In this document: positions 27,045-32,000 of the stretch, piece after piece
Numbering within the stretch: position 1 is the first letter of the stretch
Layout of the letters: the number at the start of each line of letters is the position of its first letter
Source: an uncultured Erysipelotrichaceae bacterium
Lineage (GTDB): Bacteria; Bacillota_I; Bacilli_A; Erysipelotrichales; Erysipelotrichaceae
Assembly (NCBI GenBank): GCA_942492995.1
Contig: OW818653.1
Coordinates: 630,001 to 662,000 of the forward strand
Reading direction: 5' to 3'
DNA length: 32,000 nt
The notes under the pieces: model-generated
Databases searched by the model: none
Told to the model about the DNA's origin: nothing
The model's input: the letters and a program-made list of their open reading frames with translations, nothing else
Made by a program: the position numbers and the translations under genes

Positions 27045-28270
27045 TAGTTTTTACCTCTTATCATAAATTCAGATACAAGAACGAGTTGGTTCGCAACTTG
27101 TATAATATCTTCTCTACTTATGTTCTTAATTAATTTGATCGATTTATTTAAATCAAAATCTTTATTTGTATATGATCTTTGATATAAATAGTTTAAATAA
27201 GCATTTTGATCATCTTCCATCGAATCAAGTCCATTCACAAACATTTTCTTTGCGATATCTAATAATCGTTTGGAGAACTTCCCTTTTTTTAGTTTAATAA
27301 TTTGTTCTTCGATTAACGTTTCAACAATCTCTTTTTTACTGTGTTCAATCCCTGTTTGGATAGACATAATTCCATCAAAATTAAATGATCCTGCACTGAT
27401 TGAATAACACAAACTACGTTTCTCACGAACTTCTTGAAATAACAAAGAATTTGGTAGTTGACCGAGCATTATAATCATAATTCGCATAGGAAAGTACATC
27501 TCATCTCCGTATAGAACATTAGTTGTATACAGTTGTGTAAGTGTTGATTGATCAAATTGTTTAGTGATGTTTGCTCTAAAATTATGTTTAGGTACAAATC
27601 GATAGATTGAATTTACTTTATTACTATTTTCCGAGAATTTTAATCGATTTAATATTAAACTTCTAGTCTTCGAACTAATATCACCCATCATTAATATTGT
27701 AGGTTTAATCGTTTCAATTAACGTTTTATGAAATGCTTTAACATCATCAAGCGTTAATTTTTCTAATATTTCTTTATTACCTTGACTAAAAACAGATAAG
27801 GTTGTACCTTTCCCGATTCCTTCACATGCGCGTAATATACCTAAATACGATGGTTTATCTTCAATTCGTTTTAAAGTGGCTTCTAAGTTGATTTTAGCTT
27901 CATTAAACGTCGTTTCATTCAATAACGGGTTATTGACACAAGAAAATAAAAACTCTGTAGCATCCTTTAAATGAGGGAATTCAGTATATCTTTCATTAAG
28001 TGTCTTAATTCTAATCTCTAGCGTATGTGCTTCTCCAAATGAACTCGTTTTAGCATTAAGACTTAAACCAAAAAGCTCATCCATTTTGAGAGACATATCT
28101 TGTTTACTTGGATACTCAACTGAACGATCAGTAATCATATACGATAATAAATTACTTATCGTTACATTTGGCTCAACATTTGGATAAGAAAAACGAATTG
28201 AAAGAATAAAATCTTTAAATTTATCGGTATTGATTGATAAACAACTATCAGAACTATTAATTTTGAACAT
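27044..28270 (-). CDS. M16-family peptidase-like protein lacking the HxxEH motif (YmfF-like, probably non-catalytic partner)
   Basis: 408 aa, similar in size and layout to the downstream M16 gene. The position of HxxEH reads SNLLSYMITDRS. SD GGAG lies 6 nt upstream of the ATG at 28270. Confidence 0.7.
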   Translation of the reverse strand: MFKINSSDSCLSINTDKFKDFILSIRFSYPNVEPNVTISNLLSYMITDRSVEYPSKQDMSLKMDELFGLSLNAKTSSFGEAHTLEIRIKTLNERYTEFPHLKDATEFLFSCVNNPLLNETTFNEAKINLEATLKRIEDKPSYLGILRACEGIGKGTTLSVFSQGNKEILEKLTLDDVKAFHKTLIETIKPTILMMGDISSKTRSLILNRLKFSENSNKVNSIYRFVPKHNFRANITKQFDQSTLTQLYTTNVLYGDEMYFPMRIMIIMLGQLPNSLLFQEVREKRSLCYSISAGSFNFDGIMSIQTGIEHSKKEIVETLIEEQIIKLKKGKFSKRLLDIAKKMFVNGLDSMEDDQNAYLNYLYQRSYTNKDFDLNKSIKLIKNISREDIIQVANQLVLVSEFMIRGKN

Positions 28271-28295
28271 TGAAAACTCCTTATTTAGACATGCG

Positions 28296-28304
28296 TGTTA
28301 TAAT
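28296..28304 (+). promoter_or_regulatory. Extended -10 element TGTTATAAT for pncB
   Basis: The plus strand reads gcgTGTTATAATgaaat, 46 nt upstream of the ATG at 28351. There is no good -35. Confidence 0.45.
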
Positions 28305-28350
28305 GAAATAACTAGTAAATATCATACCATAGAACAGGAACGATTAAGAA

Positions 28351-29793
28351 ATGGACGCTTACTTAAACTCACCTTTAATAACAGACTTATACGAATTCAC
28401 AATGGCATATACATATTTTAAACAAAACAAACATGAAGATATTGCGTATTTTGATATGTTTGTAAGAACGATTCCAGATAAAGGCGGTTATCTTATATTC
28501 AATGGTTTAAACCAATTAATTGAACAAATTAATCACTATAAATTCTCAGTAACAGATATTGAATATTTACGTTCAACAAAGCTATTTGATGAAGATTTCT
28601 TAAATTATTTATTAAATATGAGATTATCTCTTGATATCTGGTCAATTGAAGAAGGTACACCTGTATTTGCGAATGAACCATTAGTTACAGTTCGGGGTCC
28701 TTTAATACAAACACAATTAATTGAAACACTATTATTAATCTGCGTAAATTACCCTACTCTAATTACAACAAAAGCACGACGAATTGTTGAATCCGCAAAA
28801 AACAAATCAGTCATTGAGTTCGGTGTGCGTAGAGCACAAGGTATTGATGCGGCAGTTGAAGGTGCTAGAGCTGCTTATATAGCCGGATGTATTGGTACTT
28901 CAAATACATTAGCTGGATTAAAGTATAATATACCAACTTCAGGTACAATGGCACATAGCTTTATACAAATGCATGAAAACGAATATCAAGCCTTCTTAGA
29001 ATATGTAAAAATACAACCCAATAATGCGGTATTGTTAGTCGATACCTATGATACATTACATAGTGGTGTTGAGAATGCGATACGTGTTGCGTATGATTAT
29101 TTAATTCCAAATGGTTATCGATTAAAAGGTATACGATTAGATAGTGGTGACTTAGCTTATTTATCTAAAAAAGCACGCTTAGCATTAGATCAAAATGGTT
29201 TGTATGATTGTAAGATCATTGCGTCTAACGCATTAGACGAAGATATTATTGATGATTTATTGGTACAAGATGCTCAAATAGATGTGTTTGGAGTTGGTGA
29301 GAATTTAATCACTTCTCGTTCACAACCAGTTTTAGGTGGAGTATATAAAGTGGTTGCCTATGAAAAAGGCGAAGATATTATCCCTACAATAAAACTAAGT
29401 GAAAATATTGAGAAAATTACAAATCCTGGATTTAAGAAATTAATCAGATTCTACGATAAAGATACTAATATGGCAATTGCGGATTTAATTTGTTTAGCAG
29501 ATGAAGTAATTCCCTATGATGAATATACAATATTTGATCCAATCTCACCTTGGAAGAAGAAAGTAATTACGAATTATGTATACAAACAACTTCAAAGACC
29601 AATTTATGTAAATGGTTCCTTGGTATATAAAACTAAGTCGACCGAAGAAACTAAAACTTATTGTACAGAACAAATGAATACAATATGGTCTGAAGCAAAA
29701 CGTTTACGCAATCCTCATAAATATTATGTCGACTTATCACAAAAGTTATACGATTTAAAAAACGAGTTAATAGAAAAAAACAAGAAGGTCTAA
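28351..29793 (+). CDS. pncB: Nicotinate phosphoribosyltransferase
   Basis: 480 aa. The N-terminus LITDLYEFTMAYTYF is typical of NAPRTase. Other motifs: FGVRRAQG, SGTMAHSFIQ, RLDSGDL. Confidence 0.9.
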   Translation: MDAYLNSPLITDLYEFTMAYTYFKQNKHEDIAYFDMFVRTIPDKGGYLIFNGLNQLIEQINHYKFSVTDIEYLRSTKLFDEDFLNYLLNMRLSLDIWSIEEGTPVFANEPLVTVRGPLIQTQLIETLLLICVNYPTLITTKARRIVESAKNKSVIEFGVRRAQGIDAAVEGARAAYIAGCIGTSNTLAGLKYNIPTSGTMAHSFIQMHENEYQAFLEYVKIQPNNAVLLVDTYDTLHSGVENAIRVAYDYLIPNGYRLKGIRLDSGDLAYLSKKARLALDQNGLYDCKIIASNALDEDIIDDLLVQDAQIDVFGVGENLITSRSQPVLGGVYKVVAYEKGEDIIPTIKLSENIEKITNPGFKKLIRFYDKDTNMAIADLICLADEVIPYDEYTIFDPISPWKKKVITNYVYKQLQRPIYVNGSLVYKTKSTEETKTYCTEQMNTIWSEAKRLRNPHKYYVDLSQKLYDLKNELIEKNKKV

Positions 29794-29812
29794 GACCTTC
29801 TTGTTTATCGTT
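29774..29812. terminator. Bidirectional rho-independent terminator shared by convergent pncB and the ABC permease gene
   Basis: A7 tract, then ACAAGAAGGTC (29780-29790), loop TAA (which is the pncB stop), then GACCTTCTTGT (29794-29804), then TTTAT. The 11-bp stem is perfect. The permease stop is at 29805-29807. Confidence 0.7.
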
Positions 29813-30761
29813 TACCTGGATCGTAAGGTTCACCTGCAGCTTTAGGACCTGCAGATCGTTTAGAAGTAAATGTTAATACGATTAATGTCGCAACATACGG
29901 CATTATTTGATAGAAATATTTATGTATTCCTAGATTAATAAAGAAGTTTAGTCCACTCGAATTAGAAATCGTTTGCATTAATCCAAAGAATGCGGCAGCC
30001 ATAATAATCTTTGATGGCTTCCATTGACCAAATATTAGAACTGCTAATGCTAAGAACCCATAACCAGAGACAACACCTGTATATTCTACAGTACTAGGAA
30101 CAACAAGGATTAAACCACCCATTCCTGCTAAAGCTCCTGAAATCATAACACCAATATAACGCATACGATTTACATTGATACCTACTGAATCAGATGCTTG
30201 AGGATGTTCACCACATGATCTTAAACGTAAACCAAAACGCGTTTTATACAGTACAAATGAGGATATCGCAAGAACAGCTATACCAATAAAGGTCGTGATA
30301 TATGTATTTGTGAATAGAATTGGTCCAATAAACGGTATATCCGATAGAACTGGAATTGTTGCGATTCTAAATACATTATTGAACTTAACACCTTCAACAC
30401 CCGTAGGCGTTACCATACGTGCAATAAATACATGGAATGAAGTCGCAAATAGATTTAAAGCTGTACCACTAATAACTTGATTTGCCTTAAGATTTACCGA
30501 TGCATATGCATGTAATAGTGAGAAGATAACTCCACTAATTAGAGCAACCAATAAGGCTAAAATTAACATAATTTGTGGAGGGAAAGTGCCCTCAAAGAAA
30601 TAGACAAAGAATATACCAATAGATGCACCAAATACCATAATCCCTTCTAAGGCAATATTTACAATCCCACTTCGCTCAGAGAACATACCACCCAACGCAA
30701 CAACTGTTAAAGGTATCATGTATGGAATCATATTTTTAAGTAAGAATAATACTGTATCCAT
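29805..30761 (-). CDS. ABC transporter permease, BMP-family (nucleoside/sugar) importer, YufQ/NupQ-like
   Basis: 318 aa with about 8-9 TM helices, typical of the second permease of BMP-lipoprotein ABC systems. TAATG-type junction with the upstream permease. Confidence 0.85.
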   Translation of the reverse strand: MDTVLFLLKNMIPYMIPLTVVALGGMFSERSGIVNIALEGIMVFGASIGIFFVYFFEGTFPPQIMLILALLVALISGVIFSLLHAYASVNLKANQVISGTALNLFATSFHVFIARMVTPTGVEGVKFNNVFRIATIPVLSDIPFIGPILFTNTYITTFIGIAVLAISSFVLYKTRFGLRLRSCGEHPQASDSVGINVNRMRYIGVMISGALAGMGGLILVVPSTVEYTGVVSGYGFLALAVLIFGQWKPSKIIMAAAFFGLMQTISNSSGLNFFINLGIHKYFYQIMPYVATLIVLTFTSKRSAGPKAAGEPYDPGKR

Positions 30762-31849
30762 TATTTTGCCTCCTTCTTAGTAAAGAACTTTTTAATTTTA
30801 TCTTTGAAAAGTAAAGAGAATGCACTCGCATAGATAATCGTTGAAGTCATAATACGAATAACTTCATCATTAAACCCAGCACGTGATAAGGATGAACCAG
30901 CATTTCTTAACATACTTATAAAGAAGCTAGAGAAGATAATTCCAAGTGGACTACTTAAACCAAGTAACGCTACTGAAATACCATCTGTTCCTTCTCTTTG
31001 TAATGTCAAAGATTGATCAAACACTTTCGTAATACTCGAAATATAAACTAGAGCACCACCAAGACCTGCTAAAGCACCCGCAATCGTCATTGATAAGATA
31101 ATACCCTTCTTATCATTAATCCCTGCATATCGAGCTGCTTCACGATTATATCCACAAGCTTTAAGTTCATATCCAAAGCTTGTCTTCTCTAAAACAATAT
31201 AGATTATTATCGCAACAAATACAGCGATAAATATTCCGAAATCCACAGTATTCTTACCAAATATCATATCTAATCCAAATGTAGGAATTTGACTTAATGG
31301 AATTTGTGAACGTGAAGGATTAAATTTATCTTTAATCAAGAAAACAAGATTACTGACAGTTATCATCCCAATGTAATTAAGCATTATAGATGATATTACT
31401 TCATTTACATTTCGATAAGCCTTTAACACTCCACTTATCATACCCCAGAAACCACCAACTACAATTGAACCCAAAAGAGCTACAATCCACAAATATTCAA
31501 CTGGAATAAATGTCCATTTAATTGCGATATAAGCTGCCGCATAAGCACCCATTACAAATTGACCTGCAGCACCAATATTAAATAAACCTGTTTTAAATGC
31601 AAAGCCAACAGATAAACCAGTCAATAAAACCGGAGTAGTATAACGTAGTATAATTCCTAATCCTTTAATTCCGTTATATCGCATACCACCAGTGATAATC
31701 GTAATAAATCCTTCAAGTGGGTAAGTCGCTTTATCTTTTATCATTGTCGCAAACAAGAGAATTGCAAATCCAAAGATAAAACCAATAAGAATAGCCATTA
31801 ATGAAGCAAGAATTTTTTGAACATTGTCATTTAATAAGTACTTTTTCAT
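30761..31849 (-). CDS. ABC transporter permease, BMP-family importer, YufP/NupP-like
   Basis: 362 aa polytopic protein. ATGA overlap with the upstream ATPase gene. Confidence 0.85.
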   Translation of the reverse strand: MKKYLLNDNVQKILASLMAILIGFIFGFAILLFATMIKDKATYPLEGFITIITGGMRYNGIKGLGIILRYTTPVLLTGLSVGFAFKTGLFNIGAAGQFVMGAYAAAYIAIKWTFIPVEYLWIVALLGSIVVGGFWGMISGVLKAYRNVNEVISSIMLNYIGMITVSNLVFLIKDKFNPSRSQIPLSQIPTFGLDMIFGKNTVDFGIFIAVFVAIIIYIVLEKTSFGYELKACGYNREAARYAGINDKKGIILSMTIAGALAGLGGALVYISSITKVFDQSLTLQREGTDGISVALLGLSSPLGIIFSSFFISMLRNAGSSLSRAGFNDEVIRIMTSTIIYASAFSLLFKDKIKKFFTKKEAK

Positions 31850-32000
31850 TGGACAACCTCTCTCTTAGAACCTGACATAAACAAACCAAGTTCTTGTTGA
31901 GTAACAACTGCGGGATCAGCTTGACCTACAATTTCACCTTCATACATAACCAAAATGCGATCACTAACAGTCATAACTTCACTTAATTCAAGCGAAATTA
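31846..32000 (-). CDS. ABC transporter ATP-binding protein, C-terminal 51 aa only (gene continues beyond the window)
   Basis: My own translation of the minus strand gives ...ISLELSEVMTVSDRILVMYEGEIVGQADPAVVTQQELGLFMSGSKREVVQ*. This is the typical end of the second NBD of YufO/NupO-type ATPases (S..L.E....SDRI.VM..G.I). Confidence 0.8.
   Translation of the reverse strand, partial: ISLELSEVMTVSDRILVMYEGEIVGQADPAVVTQQELGLFMSGSKREVVQ

Noticed and set aside
28305-28350. Riboswitch or leader structures upstream of pncB (46-nt leader) and thyA (19-nt leader), for example NAD+ or THF riboswitches.
   Set aside because: The leaders are far too short, and I saw no conserved riboswitch core sequences.
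13704-30480. Remaining short track ORFs: 13704-13913, 14010-14207, 17304-17534, 21190-21411, 22038-22250, 22395-22583, 24125-24457, 24979-25179, 28230-28421, 29651-29833, 30295-30480.
   Set aside because: Each is antisense to, or overlaps, a confidently assigned gene. 28230-28421 and 29651-29833 also run across promoter or terminator regions. None has a ribosome-binding site or family resemblance.
1-32000. I searched for a novel defence, toxin, mobile or CRISPR-like system anywhere in the window.
   Set aside because: Every ORF of 100 aa or more on the coding strand, except two, has a confident housekeeping assignment. I saw no repeat arrays, integrase or transposase genes, or tRNA attachment sites. 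No intergenic gap exceeds about 113 nt, and the only abrupt compositional shift is the pstS gene itself. Claiming a hidden system would not be supported by the sequence.

Overview
This is an AT-rich chromosomal core region. Hand counts of two 100-nt samples gave 30% GC (phoR) and 43% GC (pstS). The host looks like a low-GC Bacillota-type bacterium. It uses the standard genetic code: thyA ends ...AKVSV followed by TGA at the family-typical C-terminus, so TGA is a stop, not Trp. It carries murE, so it probably makes peptidoglycan.

I call 37 protein genes, 35 of them on the minus strand. They are packed very tightly; many junctions are 1-20 nt overlaps, and the longest intergenic gap is about 113 nt.

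Content, listed by increasing coordinate (most genes are transcribed right to left):
- ispH 3' part
- trmK-sigA-dnaG-glyQS-recO-era-cdd-dgkA-ybeY
- phoU-pstBACS-phoRP-phoH
- rpsU
- deoC-murE-mtaB-orf-rsmE-rluB-scpBA
- an acyltransferase-like orf, then folA-thyA
- a tail-less SSB paralog
- an M16 peptidase pair
- pncB
- two permeases and the 3' end of the ATPase of a BMP-type (nucleoside/sugar) ABC importer

The gene order is a compacted version of the Bacillus subtilis yqe/yqf/ypu neighbourhoods.

I found no rRNA, tRNA, CRISPR array, transposase, integrase, phage gene or recognisable defence or toxin gene. There is no space for a sizeable ncRNA. My honest reading is that this is an ordinary housekeeping window without an obvious novel multi-gene system.

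The leads worth a second look are:
1. An insertion of about 155 aa in the primary sigma factor.
2. A family-less 257-aa ORF translationally coupled on both sides to RNA-modification genes (rsmE and mtaB).
3. An LPLAT/PlsC-like protein with its catalytic motifs substituted.
4. A complete E. coli-style Pho module (phoPR-pstSCAB-phoU) wedged between phoH and ybeY, with phased TTAACA-like repeats upstream of pstS.
5. Two operon starts with TGnTATAAT-N9-ATG geometry, suggesting (near-)leaderless mRNAs.

All promoter, terminator and operator calls were made by eye and carry modest confidence.
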